NCBI GenBank assembly: GCA_964016885.1
Contig: OZ024759.1
Coordinates: 3,658,001-3,722,000 of the forward strand
Length of the DNA stretch: 64,000 bases
Direction of reading: 5' to 3'
Origin: Eledone cirrhosa
Taxonomy: Eukaryota
Every line of letters begins with the position of its first letter. The first letter of the stretch is position 1. The notes under the pieces were generated by a model. That model did no database searches, was not told the origin of the DNA, and saw nothing but the letters and a program-made list of their open reading frames with translations. The translations under genes and the position numbers were made by a program. Below are positions 12,801 through 25,408 of the stretch, piece by piece.

Positions 12801-13212
12801 TCTTTGGTGCTATGCAGTGTAATACAGAAGACCCGCCTTGCCTATGTACAAAACGAAACCTACAGTCAGTAGGCACCTCTTAACCAAATATACACCCCAA
12901 TCTACTACCCCTACCCTATCCTCCCACTCCCACCAACAGCATGAGAAAATGAAATCGAGTTCGTGTAGGTGTCACGGGAAAGAAAAAAAAAACACACAGT
13001 CCACGCTGTAATGTGGTCGTGTAGGTAACATGGTAAAAAGTTCCCAGTTCCACACTGTAAATGTGGTTGGTGTTAGGAAGGGCATCCAGCCGTAGAAAAC
13101 CTGCCAGATAGTTCTATATGAGTGAGACACGGTCACCCGACCAGCCTTGCCTCAACTCCCGTCTAACCCATGCTAGCGTGGAAAATGGACGTTAAACGAA
13201 GATGATGATGAT
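9856..13212 (+). mobile_element. Near full-length degenerate RTE-clade LINE (APE endonuclease, reverse transcriptase, PHD-like finger)
   Basis: NVGTL/IQETRW/IDYIL/SQHR endonuclease motifs (10020-11309); QGSVLSP and YADD RT motifs; stops and frameshifts; (GAT)n tail at about 13200. Confidence 0.92.
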
Positions 13213-13224
13213 ATATATAGGAAA

Positions 13225-13680
13225 ATGTATGACCTTGACAGTAGAGCTCAAGCCGTTTCGACGGCTATTTCTGGACTAAATTAGAATTTTTAGCCTGGTA
13301 AATAAATAGCCGAACTTTTCAAGGGGTACTTCCTTATATGGGAAGATTGTAGCTGTCAAGAGGATTGGTCAAAAATTCCTGGTAAACACAATTAAGTCTA
13401 TCATGGCAGTGGGTGGGAGGTGGGGATGGCTGAACTTGCCTGTAGAGCAAAGAGGGAGTGGGTGGAGCCGGTCAAGCGTTGAAAGTGAAATCTAAACAGC
13501 AAATTCTAAGGATTGTGTAAGAAAGTAGGCCAACTTTCATACTTTCCACCATAGCGATTAAACTGCATACCCTGCTTTCCAGGTTACCCTTTGCCACTGA
13601 TATATATATATTTATATATTGAGTACTCTGGTGCATTATGGTCCTTCTGGTTCCTTACCACACCTCCTTTGTTATATATA
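13225..13680. mobile_element. Fragments of the 3' region of the Penelope-like family seen at 7420-7800
   Basis: 13245-13480 aligns with 7528-7770; 13615-13678 is the reverse complement of 7418-7479. Confidence 0.65.
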
Positions 13681-14085
13681 TACAACGGCGGCGAAGATTG
13701 GAAACCGAATCTGAGCTTTCCCACCTCTGGGACAAGCCATGGTAAGTTGTTTACGCTCAAGAGACTAACCCCCTGGGGGATGCTAAACACAGGTCAGAGG
13801 TGTTTAAGCCTGACAGAAAATAGGTCAGAGGATATATCCATCTTTCTGAGTTGTTTACGCTTGGCAAACTAATCCCTTGGGAGACTCTAACCAAAGTTCA
13901 GAGGATATATCTATCCTTCTAACTTCAACTCTTATAAATACAGGGGTTGTTTACGCCCCGACAGAAAAGAAGTGATATACAGACAAGACAAGTGGCCTTT
14001 ACAAGCTCTCGTCACGAAATACCAGTCCGTCACTAATTTCCTCTCCTGCCTGGCTGATCGATACAACCACATATTCCGTTACAAC

Positions 14086-14096
14086 TGGTGACCCCG
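14086..14096 (+). promoter_or_regulatory. Primer-binding site complementary to the tRNA-Trp 3' end
   Basis: TGGTGACCCCG two bases after the LTR-terminal CA. Confidence 0.75.
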
Positions 14097-14135
14097 TAAA
14101 ACAGACACACAACTTCTGATCATCCACTACAAACG

Positions 14136-16760
14136 ATGTCTCTAGCACACGACGATTCATCTACGGCAGAAATGGCAGTGAGGGGGGCATTTACATTAAG
14201 AATTCCACCATTCTGGGTGCACGATCTAACACTGTGGTTCGCGCACATCCAAGCGCAGTTCGCATAATAACACACGACCCACCTGTCGCTGCACGACCTA
14301 GAAGGCTACCACCAGACCGGCTGAAGTCCGTCAAACAAGAATTTCAGCACATGCTGGATCTCGGCATCATACGTCTGTCCTCACCCATACACTGTGTACC
14401 CAAGAAGTCGTCGAACGACTGGCGAATCTGTGGCGACTACCGTGCACTAAACAACTGCACCGTTCCTAACTCTTATCCAGTACCTCATCTACAGGACTTC
14501 TCTAGCTCGCTGCACGGGGCTCGCATATTTTCGAAGATCGATCTTGTCGAGCTTAACAATCAGATACCCGTTGAGCCCGCAGATATTCCAAAGACCGCAG
14601 TCACAACACCCTTTGGAATGTTCGAATTTCTGCGTATGCCTTTCGGTTTGCGAAATGCAGCGCAAACATTCCAGCGATTCATCGATACAGTCACCAGGGG
14701 TCTACCTTTTGTATACGCATACATTGACGACTTACTGGTGGCCAGCAGCTCCGACGAAGGACATGAGAAACACCTGGATCTCCTATTCACACGTTTGCGT
14801 GAATATGGAATTGTTATCAACCCCAGCAAATGTGAGTTCGGAGTTGCGTCCCTTCATTTTCTGGGACACATCATTGACAAAGATGGTATTTGCCCACTTA
14901 AGGAGAAAGTCAAATCCATCATTGATTTTCCACAACCTATATCTCTCCGCAAACTGCGAGAATTTCTTGGCCTGGTAAACTTCTACAGAAGATTTATACC
15001 CCACTGTGCAGAGACAGCCCAACCACTCACAGATTTGCTGCGGCAGCGTACAACCAAAAACGCAAACATCAAGCTTCGCTGAGTTGAAGAAAATGTTGTC
15101 CGAGGCTACAATGCTGAGTTACCCCAAACCTGACGCCCCAATGTGTTTATTGACTGATGCATCCGATTTCGGAGTTGGAGGTGTGCTTCAACAACTCTCT
15201 GGCGATATTTGGCGACCTGTATCTTTTTTCTCTAAGCGATTAAAACCCGCCGAAACTAAGTACAGCACATTCAGTCGTGAATTATTGGCAGCATACCTTG
15301 CTGTCAAGCATTTTCGACACATGCTAGAAGGTCGTGTGTTCTCTATATACACCGACCACAAACCACTAGTGTACGCGTTCAATGCCAAGCCTGACCGACA
15401 CTCACCCAGGGAGGTCCGACATCTGGACTTCATTTCTCAGTACACTACTGATATTCGGTACATTAAGGGTGCCACCAACTCAGCAGCTGATGCCCTATCG
15501 CGCATGGAGCTTAAGGCAATCCACACCACTGCCACTATCGACCTCCAGAAGATTGCAGCGGATCAACAGAATGACGAGGAACTGCTGCAACTCCGGAAAT
15601 CATCCTTGAAATTGAAGGAATGCCTGCTGCCCTCTTCTTCGGGTTATATTTGGTGTGACATCTCCACAGGCCGCGAGCGCCCATACGTGCCCCGGAAACA
15701 TCGACGCGACGTTTTCTCGACACAGCATTCTCTGGCACATCCTGGCGTCTGCGCCACGCAGAAACTGATGGTTGCCCGCTTTGTGTGGCCCAACATCAAC
15801 AAGGACACCCGCGAATGGGCTAGGAACTGCATCGCGTGCCAGAAGGCGAAAATTCACCGGCACATCAAAGCCCCGATCGCTTCTTTCGCAACACCTGATG
15901 CACGGTTCCAACATGTGCATATAGACATAGTTGGACCTTTGCCTCCTTCTCAAAACTACACTCATCTTCTCACCTGTGTCGACCGATTTTCTCGCTGGCC
16001 AGAAGCTTTTCCCCTGATGGATATTACTGCGGAAACTGTTGCCAAAACGTTAGTGTTTCACTGGGTTTCGCGTTTCGGCACACCCGTGACCATCACTACG
16101 GATAGAGGACGTCAGTTCGATTCGAACCTATTTACCGAGCTGCCTCGTCTCCTCGGGTGCAAACACATCCATACAACAGCGTATCACCCTGCCGCTAACG
16201 GCATGGTAGAACGCTTACACCGCCAGCTAAAATCATCTATCAAGGCTTACGAAGACTCCACTAACTAGTTCGAATACCTCCCACTCATTCTTCTTGGTAT
16301 TTGTTCCACTGTTAAAGAGGGAGTCGGACATTCTCCGGCTGAAATCGTGTATGGCACCGTACTCACTCTACCCGGACAAATGATCACTCCTGTTTCGCCA
16401 CAAGAACTTCCAGACCCTACAAAATATGTGCACCGTTTACGGTCATCAATGTCGCATCTGTCTCCTTCAGCCCCTAAACAACAGCACGTTACTTCACACA
16501 TACCAAAAGACATCGATACATGTTTTCGTTAGAAATGACGATATTCCATCGCAACTTCGTCCACCGTATTCCGTCCGGGCCCTACAAGGTGATACAGAAA
16601 TGCCCTAAGTATTTCGTCCTCGACTTGAACGGGAAGCGAAATACCGTCTCCATTGATCGTTTAAAAAAAGCGTTCATAGAACAGGAATTGCCACCAGTAC
16701 CCACCGTTTCTCCAGACTCACCAACAACTTTGCCCGACACAAACACGGCAAATATTGCAC
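14136..16760 (+). pseudogene. Gypsy gag stub fused to pol (RT, RNase H, integrase), disrupted
   Basis: Gag start ...RIPPFW...[10 protein letters not shown]; RT YIDD; RNase H TDAS/DALSR; integrase H..H..CIAC, DDE core and GPY motif; frameshifts and stops. Confidence 0.9.
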
Positions 16761-17992
16761 ACCAAATCCGGAAGAACAGTCCGATGGCCCACGCCATGGG
16801 ATACGTACAAGTTTATCGGGTAAGTACAAATTATGCATCTGGTCGACATTTCGGCTAATTTGTACATTTCAACGAATCGGCCAATTTCTGTGGTCATGAA
16901 CTACACACAAATCAATTAACTCTGTGCATCACCCACATCAAAAGAACAGACAAAAGAACATTTTTCTGTTTCTATGAAATGAACAAACTTTTAATCAACA
17001 AACTTTTCGTACGAACATTTTCAATATTATGTAACATCACAGTACATTTTCCTGAATGTAAATTTCTTTTGCTTTGCATGTTTTCTTCCATGTCTCCTGT
17101 TTGTAAATGACTTTCATGTGTTTTTTTATTTTTACTGATTTTCTTCAACAACACACCTAGTCATACCTATCTTCATTTCACATGCACCTAGATCGTTCAA
17201 TCTTAACTTGTTTACGCTCAAGAGACTAACCCCTTGGGAGAGGCTAAACGCAGGTCAGAGGTGTTTACGCCTGACAGAAAATAGGTCAGAGGATATATCC
17301 ATCTTTATGACTTGTTTACGCTTGGCAAACTAATCCTTGGGAGACTAACCAAAGTTTAGACGATATATCTATCCTTCTAAATTCTACTCTTATAAAGACA
17401 GGGATTGTTTACGCCAAAAACAGAAAACAAGTGGGATACAGACAAGACAAGACGTTTTACAAGCTCTCGTCACGAAAAACCAGTCTATCACTTATTCTCA
17501 CCTTCCTGGCTGATCGCTGACTCCTGCAATACAAATAAGTAAATATACTGATACGCCGCACACACGCATTCATAGTGAGTCCAGCATTTGTACACGTATC
17601 ATTCATTTCTGTTTACACGTATTATAATCGTATTCTGTGATATTTGAATTTACGTGGCTCGAAGAGCCACCAAATTATTGTATGAATATTTTGTGTCAAT
17701 TATTTTATCATTCAATATTCAAATTGAATATTGTTGTAATAAAATAAACTTTGTAACAACACTCCTGGTATTTTTCTTTACACCGAAACCACCATACCAA
17801 CAGTTACATCCATCCATCCACTTGTCGTTACAACCACACATAATATTCCGTTACACCTCCGTCTATATTTCAACCACTGGAACAACCTCACACAAGAAAC
17901 AGTTGTCGCACCCTCAGTCAACATTTTAATGTCAAACATCGAAATAAATGTTATGAGTGTATATAGATAGATGTATATTGTGTGTGTATATA

Positions 17993-18200
17993 TACAGTAA
18001 TCCCCCGCTATATTGCGGTTCACTTTTCGCAGTCCCGTTACATCGCGGATATTTCTTTGGAACGTATCTAATTTCCTATCGCGGTAATCCTCGCCACATC
18101 GCGGATTATTCGTTAGAACATATCTATTTTCTTATCGCGGTACGTCTGAGTAAAAAGTGTTTAAAATTTAAACTTATTAAATAAGTTTCGATGTTATTAA
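17993..18200 (+). mobile_element. Single end of a pogo/Tigger-like Tc1-mariner element
   Basis: TA-CAGTAATCCCCCGCTATATTGCGG terminus with repeated atcgcgg motifs; the other end was not found. Confidence 0.55.
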
Positions 18201-18354
18201 AGAGTATATCGTAAGGAAGGGACATCTTAAGGCTTTAATTATGAACAAATTTTTATATTTTCATTCCATTATTGTTTTACTGATTGTGTTTTGCTCTAAT
18301 CTACTACAAACCCTTCATAGATTGGTCTCTCTGTAACATGGTTGTTTCTGGAAC

Positions 18355-18545
18355 GTATCATGGCTTAGTGGTTAAAGCATTGGGCTTGCAATCTAAAGGT
18401 TGTGAGTTCGATTCTCGGACAGGGTGTTGTGTTGTGTCCTTGAGCAAGACACTTTATTTCACGTTACTCCAGTTTACTCAGCTGTAGAAATGAGTTGTGA
18501 TGTCACTGGTGCCAAGCTATATCAGTCATAACCTTTCTCTTGGAC
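18355..18545 (+). mobile_element. tRNA-derived SINE 5' part; its continuation reappears at 21165-21510
   Basis: tggcttagtggttaa A box, gagttcgattctc B box; gtgatgtcactggtgccaagct motif recurs at 21170 and 21330. Confidence 0.75.
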
Positions 18546-18589
18546 ATATATATAGTGTATATATACTGTACACAGTGTATATATATCTA

Positions 18590-20200
18590 TATCATCATCA
18601 CTGTTTTACGTCCCTTCTTCCATGGTAGTATGGGTTAGACAGGTTGTCCTGTTGTGGGCAGTGCCAGATAGGGTGACCTTGTCTTGCTCAGATGGGAACC
18701 GATTTAGGCTTGATTTCCACAGCTGGATGCCCTTCCTAACACCAACCTCACAGTGAGTGATGGGTGTTTTTTTGTTGTGACACCTCCACGGCCACTTTAC
18801 AGTGGGAGGGGGTGGGGCATATTGTCTATGTGCTTCAGCTTGTACCCAGGGGCTACAACACAACCTCCTCTGCTGCACACAGCATTTGATTCCTCTTATG
18901 TTCAGTCTCTCTCTCAATTTGTTAATGCTTTACCGTTCGCGTATATTACTATTACACGTCCATCGGAGCATGCAAGCTTCGTTTCTTTCTAATCTACGCA
19001 AGTCTTCTACAGACAGTGCCCAGGTCTCACTACCATGTAGCATTGCTGTTCGTATGCACGTATCATACTGTCTGCCTTTCATTTTGAGGGAAAAGCCTTT
19101 TGCAGCTAGCAGTGGCAGTAGCTCCCTAAACTTCTTCAATCCTGTTACTGTACTTTCAGAACACCCACCTCCGCTGCTCCTTTCGCCACCTAGGTAGCAA
19201 AAGCTGTCTACTGTTTCTACAGATCTCTCCCAGAGTTTGGTGGTGCTTGTTTCTTTAGTTCTGCCATAGATTCAGCTATAAGTGTAAGATCATCCGCATA
19301 TAGGAGTTCCTATGGGCATCAGGTCTTAAACTCCTCTGTTATAGCCTGCAATACTATTATAAACAGAAGAAGGTTAAGAACAGAGCCCTGGTGGACACCG
19401 ACCTGTATGCTAGATTCCTCGCTATAGTAATTGTTAACTCTAACTTTGCTGACTGCTCCCCTATACATGGCTTGTACAGCTTTCACAAGCCACTAATCTA
19501 CTCTTAGTTTTCTAAGAGCCCACCAGATTATAGCACGGAGCACTCTGTTGAAGAATTTTTCCATATCGACAAGAGCCAGGTAGAGCGGCTTGCTTTTAGC
19601 TAGGTACTTTACCTGTAACTGCCTCACAAGGAAGAGAGCATCAGTGGTGCTTTTTCCTGGCACAAGCCCAAACTGCATCTCACCTAGTTTTACCCACTCC
19701 CTGATCAACTGTGCTATGACTCTTTCGATTACTTTCATGACCTGGTCCATCAGCTTTATATCTCTATAGTTTATTCTATCTAGTGCATCTACTTTACCCT
19801 TGTAGCAGTTGACGATGATGCTGCTGCACCAATCCTTTGGTATGACACCCTCTAGTATTACCTGGTTAACAATATGTGTGGTTATTACTTTATCTACCCA
19901 TTTGTCAGCTAATAGTATACCTACACCACCCATCCCATTGTCATTTCCCACCCGGAAAAATTTATAGCACTAACTTTTGCCTACAAGGACTCTAGCGAAC
20001 TCTCCTCTCCACCTAGTCTCTTGCACACAGCATACGTCAATATCCTTTCACTCTAGCATGTCTATAATTTCTCCTTCCCTTCCTTTCATTGTGCTTATGT
20101 TGATGCTGCCAACTCAGAGTTTTGAACATTTGCCATCATTTGTGGGAAAAGGTGAATTTTTGCAGGGGAGTGTGTATGCTTCCTGTCCCTGAATTAAAGC
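18590..20200 (-). mobile_element. RTE LINE remnant with multiple internal deletions (same family as 9856-13212)
   Basis: Collinear EN, RT and C-terminal peptides; (CAT)n tail at 18591. Confidence 0.85.
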
Positions 20201-20311
20201 TTTGCATGGGTGCTTGGTAACTCGCAGATTCATATTCATTTATTTATTCGGGGTTGTTCCATTTATCCTTCGCTCCTCCATACATAACGGTGAACAAGAA
20301 TTCTTTGGTGC

Positions 20312-20757
20312 AGGGCTAGAAGGATAGTAGTAGTAATGGCAGAGTTTGTTGGGGCTGGTAAGGGCTAGAAGGACAGTAGTAGTAATGGCAGTGTTTGTTG
20401 GGGCTGGTAAGGGCTAGAAGGACAGTAGTAGTAATGACAGAGTTTGTTGGGGCTGGTAAGGGCTAGAAGGACAGTAGTAGTAATGACAGAGTTTGTTGGG
20501 GCTGGTAAGGGCTAGAAGGACAGTAGTAGTAATGGCAGAGTTTGTTGGGGCTGGTAACGGCTAGAAGCACAGTAGTAGTAATGACAGAGTTTGTTGGGGG
20601 CTGGTAACGGCTAGAAGGACAGTAGTAGTAATGGCAGAGTTTGTTGGGGCTGGTAACGGCTAGAAGGACAGTAGTAGTAATGGCAGAGTTTGTTGGGGCT
20701 GGTAACGGCTAGAAGGACAGTAGTAGTAATGGCAGAGTTTGTTGGGGCTGGTAATGG
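20312..20757. repeat. 49-bp minisatellite, about 9 units
   Basis: Unit gggctagaaggacagtagtagtaatggcagagtttgttggggctggtaa. Confidence 0.95.
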
Positions 20758-21654
20758 GTAAGGACATGTTGCTGTGGTTTGATTGGTCAAATAGCCAATG
20801 GTAGTGAGTGGGAAATTGTGAGATAGGTAGCCATCATGACATATATCATCACAGGAGATTCGGGGGAAATAAGCAGATATAAGTAGGCTTATTAGACAAG
20901 GCAAGTATGCAAGAATTTCGAAGATTGTCACCTAGCTTTGAGAGAAAGGAGAGGTAATTGCAGGGGTTAGGGATGAGTTTGTAGAGAAAGACACAATGTC
21001 CAACATAGTTTATATCAAAAACAAGGTCGAAGTATATACATTGTGGAAACAAGTCAATGATAATAATAATAATAATGTAAACAGAACATTTTGAAATTGG
21101 GGAAGAGAGATAGCTGTAGAATAGAAATAATCTATGAAAGTCTGGGATATAAGTTATATATATATGTTGTGATGTCACTTGTGCCAAGCTGTATCAGCCA
21201 TTGCCTTTCCCTTGGACAACATATATAGCGTATAATATATATTGTACACATCGTATATATACTATATATATTGTGTATATATACTGTAGACAGTGTATAT
21301 ATGATATATATATAGTATATATATATGTAGTGATGTAACTGGTACCAAGCTGTATCAGCCATTACCTTTCCCTTGGACAACATCGGTGGCGTGGAGAGGG
21401 TAGACTGGTATACTTGGGTGACTGCTGGTCTTCCTCAAACAACTGGACTTGTGCCTCAGAAGGGAACTTTCTAGTTGCAAATCACATGGTCATTCTTGAC
21501 CGACAGAGGTCTTCGATATGTTAGGTGTGTATATATAGATGTGTATTGATGTCCATGTGGGAGTCATTGATACCAATGCTAGGGATGGCTGGTCTTCTAT
21601 ATTACTGTATAACACAAAGATCTCGATCCTGTGTCATTGTCTTAGAGAAGTGCA

Positions 21655-23242
21655 ATTGTGTGAGGTCAGCTGTTATCACCTCATCCCAGGTCTTCCTACT
21701 TCATATCTTCCATCAATTGTGTGAAGTCAGCTTTTATCACCTCATCCCAGGTCTTCCTACTCCATAGCTTCCATCAATTGTGTCAGGTCAGCTATTATCA
21801 CCTCATCCTAGGTCTTCCTACTTCATAGCTTCCATCAATTGTGTGAGGTCAGCTTTTATCACCTCATCCCAGGTCTTCCTACTTCATAGCTTCCATCAAT
21901 TGTGTCAGGTCAGCTGTTATCAACCCATCCCAGGTCTTCCTTCTCTATAGCTTCCATCAATTGTGTCAGGTCAGCTTTTATCACCTCATCCCAGGTCTTC
22001 CTACTTCATAGCTTCCATCAATTGTGTCAGGTCAGCTTTTATCACCTCATCCCAGGTCTTCCTACTTCATAGCTTCCATCAATTGTGTCAGGTCAGCTAT
22101 TATCACCTCATCCCAGGTCTTCCTACTTCATAGCTTCCATCAATTGTGTCAGGTCAGCTTTTATCACCTCATCCCAGGTCTTCCTACTTCATAGCTTCCA
22201 TCAATTGTGTCAGGTCAGCTTTTATCACCTCATCCCAGGTCTTCCTACTTCATAGCTTCCATCAATTGTGTCAGGTCAGCTTTTATCACCTCATCCCACG
22301 TCTTCCTACTTCATAGCTTCCATCAATTGTGTCAGGTCAGCTTTTATCACCTCATCCCAGGTCTTCCTACTTCATAGCTTCCATCAATTGTGTCAGGTCA
22401 GCTATTATCACCTCATCCCAGGTCTTCCTACTTCGTAGCTTCCATCAATTGTGTCAGGTCAGCTTTTATCACCTCATCCCAGGTCTTCCTACTTCATAGC
22501 TTCCATCAATTGTGTAAGGTCAGCTTTTATCACCTCATCCCAGGTCTTCCTACTTCATAGCTTCCATCAATTGTGTCAGGTCAGCTTTTATCACCTCATC
22601 CCAGGTCTTCCTACTCTATAGCTTCCATCAATTGTGTAAAGTCAGCTTTTATCACCTCATCCCAGGTCTTCCTACTTCATAGCTTCCATCAATTGTGTGA
22701 AGTCAGCTTTTATCACCTCAGACTAGGTCTTCGTACTCTATAGCTTCCATCAATTGTGTCAGGTCAGCTTTTATCACCTCAAACTAGGTCTTCCTACTCC
22801 ATAGCTTCCATCAATTGTGTGAGGTCAGCTTTTATCACCTCAAACCAGGTCTTTTTACTCCATAGGTTCCATCAATTGTGTAAGGTCAGCTTTTATCACC
22901 TCATCCCAAGTCTTCCTACTTCATTGCTTCCATCAATTGTGTCAGGTCAGCTTTTATCACCTCATCCCAGGTCTTCCTACTTCATAGCTTCCATCAATTG
23001 TGTCAGGTCAGCTATTATCACCTCATCCCAGGTCTTCCTACTTCATAGCTTCCATCAATTGTGTCAGGTCAGCTATTATCACCTCATCCCAGGTCTTCCT
23101 ACTTCATAGCTTCCATCAATTGTGTCAGGTCAGCTATTATCACCTCATCCCAGGTCTTCCTACTTCATAGCTTCCATCAATTGTGTCAGGTCAGCTATTA
23201 TCACCTCATCCCAGGTCTTCCTACTTCATAGCTTCCATCAAT
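21655..23242. repeat. 59-bp tandem array, about 27 units, derived from the RTE LINE ORF C-terminus
   Basis: Unit ccatcaattgtgtcaggtcagcttttatcacctcatcccaggtcttcctacttcatagctt; homologous to 27371-27440. Confidence 0.95.
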
Positions 23243-23340
23243 TTTATAAAATGCTTGAAAACAACTTAGAAAAAATGTTACTCAAAATCAAAATTTAATC
23301 CCAAAGAGAGGAAATTGGAACATTATCCACTGAAAGTTGC

Positions 23341-23817
23341 TTAACCCTTTAGTGTCCAAACCAGCCAAAACTGGCCAGAATTCTCTACCTCTTTCTGTTG
23401 AAACTGGCTGTAACTGGTCGCTCAGACTGATGTTAAGGTATTGTTCTCAAAATAAATACTTTCAAAATCTGATAGATTCAATATTATGTGAGATAAAGCC
23501 TTTACCATGAAAATATAATAGTATATATAAAATAATGTGAATGCTAAAGGGTTAACCCTTTAACATTTAAACCGGCAATAACTGGCCAGAGTTCTGTCCT
23601 CTTTTTCTTTTTAAACCACTCGTAACTGGCCACTCATACTGATGTTAAAGTATTGTTCTCAATATAAATAATATCAGATTCGATATTATGTGAGGTAAAG
23701 ACTTTACCATGGAAATATAATAGTATATATAGAGTAATGTAAATGTTATGTGAGATAAAGACATTACCATGGAAATATAATAGTATATATAGAATAATGT
23801 AAATGTTAAAGGCTTAA
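23341..23817 (+). mobile_element. Two tandem piggyBac-like MITEs sharing a central TTAA
   Basis: TTAA-CCCTTT...AAAGGG-TTAA(23552-23555)-CCCTTT...AAAGGC-TTAA; the second copy has an internal 60-bp duplication. Confidence 0.85.
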
Positions 23818-25408
23818 ACCCTGAAGAAAGGACTTTTAGGTCCCGAAATATTGGACAGATAAAAGAACAACAACAAAAAAACAAAACAAAGATTACCAGG
23901 TAACTTTTACTTTTCCTTACCTCATCTTATTGTCCATTTTGCATTGTTTAGCCTTCTATCTCTTTCAACGTTATATTTTATATAGAATGCTTCAAACAAA
24001 CTACAACATTTAATTATATATCATCATCATCATCTTCAATTAACGTCCATCTTCCACACTAGCATGTGTTAGACGGGTCCCATTTAGAGGCAAGTGTGGG
24101 CTGGATGCTTTTTTGCTGTCTTCTACACGTTCAGTGTGGGTGAGATATATATATATGTGTATGTATATATCATCACCATTTAGCGTCCATTTTTCCATTC
24201 TTGCATGGGTTAGACGGGTCATTCACACCAGGAGGCAAGTCTGGCCAGGGTTGGCCATGTGTCGCACCTTGCTCAGGTGAGGTCTGTAAATTTGGTGGGG
24301 TATTTTACAGCTGGATTCCCTTCCTAACATCAACCATGTTTACAGTGTGGAACTGGATGGCTCTGTTATGAGGAGGGACAGGCCAGTTGGCTGCACTGAA
24401 CTCATCTCACAGTGGAACTATAATTTTGGGGGGGCCTGGTACTGGGTGGCACCATTGAGGAGGGGGTAGCCAGTCAGCTGCTCCAAACTCATCTCACGAG
24501 GTTACCACAGTTTTGGGGCCCCTGTACTAGGGGCTATAGTGATGGTGTAGCTAGTTTATATGAATAAGTAAATCTGACGCAGGTATATTTCTACAGTTTA
24601 CCAATGTACCGTACTTACTGGCGCCAATGACGACCAATTTTTGAAAAAAAATAATAATCAACCTTCGGCCTCCAGGACATATGGTAGATATTTTGGACTT
24701 ATATTAGGGAAAAAGTAATGTCTTTGATGCTAGGAAATATGGTGAAAATTTAAAATTTCCACTGTTAAATCTATCCCTGCATTTTAAGTATTCTCTATTA
24801 TCTCATACTGTTACTTTCTTATAAGTCCTATAAGAATGCAATTTTTGCTAAACTACCATAGAGCAGACCTCTGAAGTGATAGAAGGATATAATTTATAGA
24901 GCATGCTGGAATACCACTGCTTACATTGGAGAGAATTTCTCTGGACAGAATGTTGATATCTACAGTTTACCAATATAGAAATATAACATTTCCACTGTTA
25001 AATCTATCTCTGCTTCTAAAGTATTCTCTATTATCTCATACTGTTTCTTTCTTATTTCAGAATATCAGATGACATTGGGATAAATTATTATTTTCAATCT
25101 TGGATACATCATCTCTATTTATCATCATTTGAAGACTAAAACCTTCTAAACAGAACTTATATAACACTGTTTATATAAATCTATAGTTCAATTACTGTGA
25201 AATATTTCCTCAAAACTGAGTTTATTTTCTTCACTATAAGATGGTTTTGTATTTTAACTAAACTTGGATGAAACAGAAGTTTGTATTATCTTCAGATATT
25301 AACTGAAATCACAGTTGAGGGAAATATAGAAGAATATTTTATAAGAAATATAATATAAAAAATATTACAAGAAAAACATCTGTATATTCTGTTGAAGAAG
25401 AAATCATT

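Larger units (their letters stand above)
13681..17855 (+). mobile_element. Gypsy/Ty3 LTR retrotransposon, internally deleted and degenerate
   Basis: Direct repeats 13745-14060 and 17206-17516, both LTRs ending atattccgttaCA (14083, 17855); RT-RNaseH-integrase domain order; left boundary uncertain. Confidence 0.9.

Noticed and set aside
18355-18430. tRNA-like sequences at SINE heads (also 3440, 5485, 60800, 61130)
   Set aside because: No complete cloverleaf; each continues into a SINE body
21655-23242. CRISPR-like regular repeats (also at 2205, 20312 and 40270)
   Set aside because: Head-to-tail units with no unique spacers, no cas genes and a eukaryotic context
23815-23860. CUGAAGA-aaggac..gucc-cGAAA hammerhead-like core
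   Set aside because: Stem I is only 2 bp and stem III is not convincing; at best a relic
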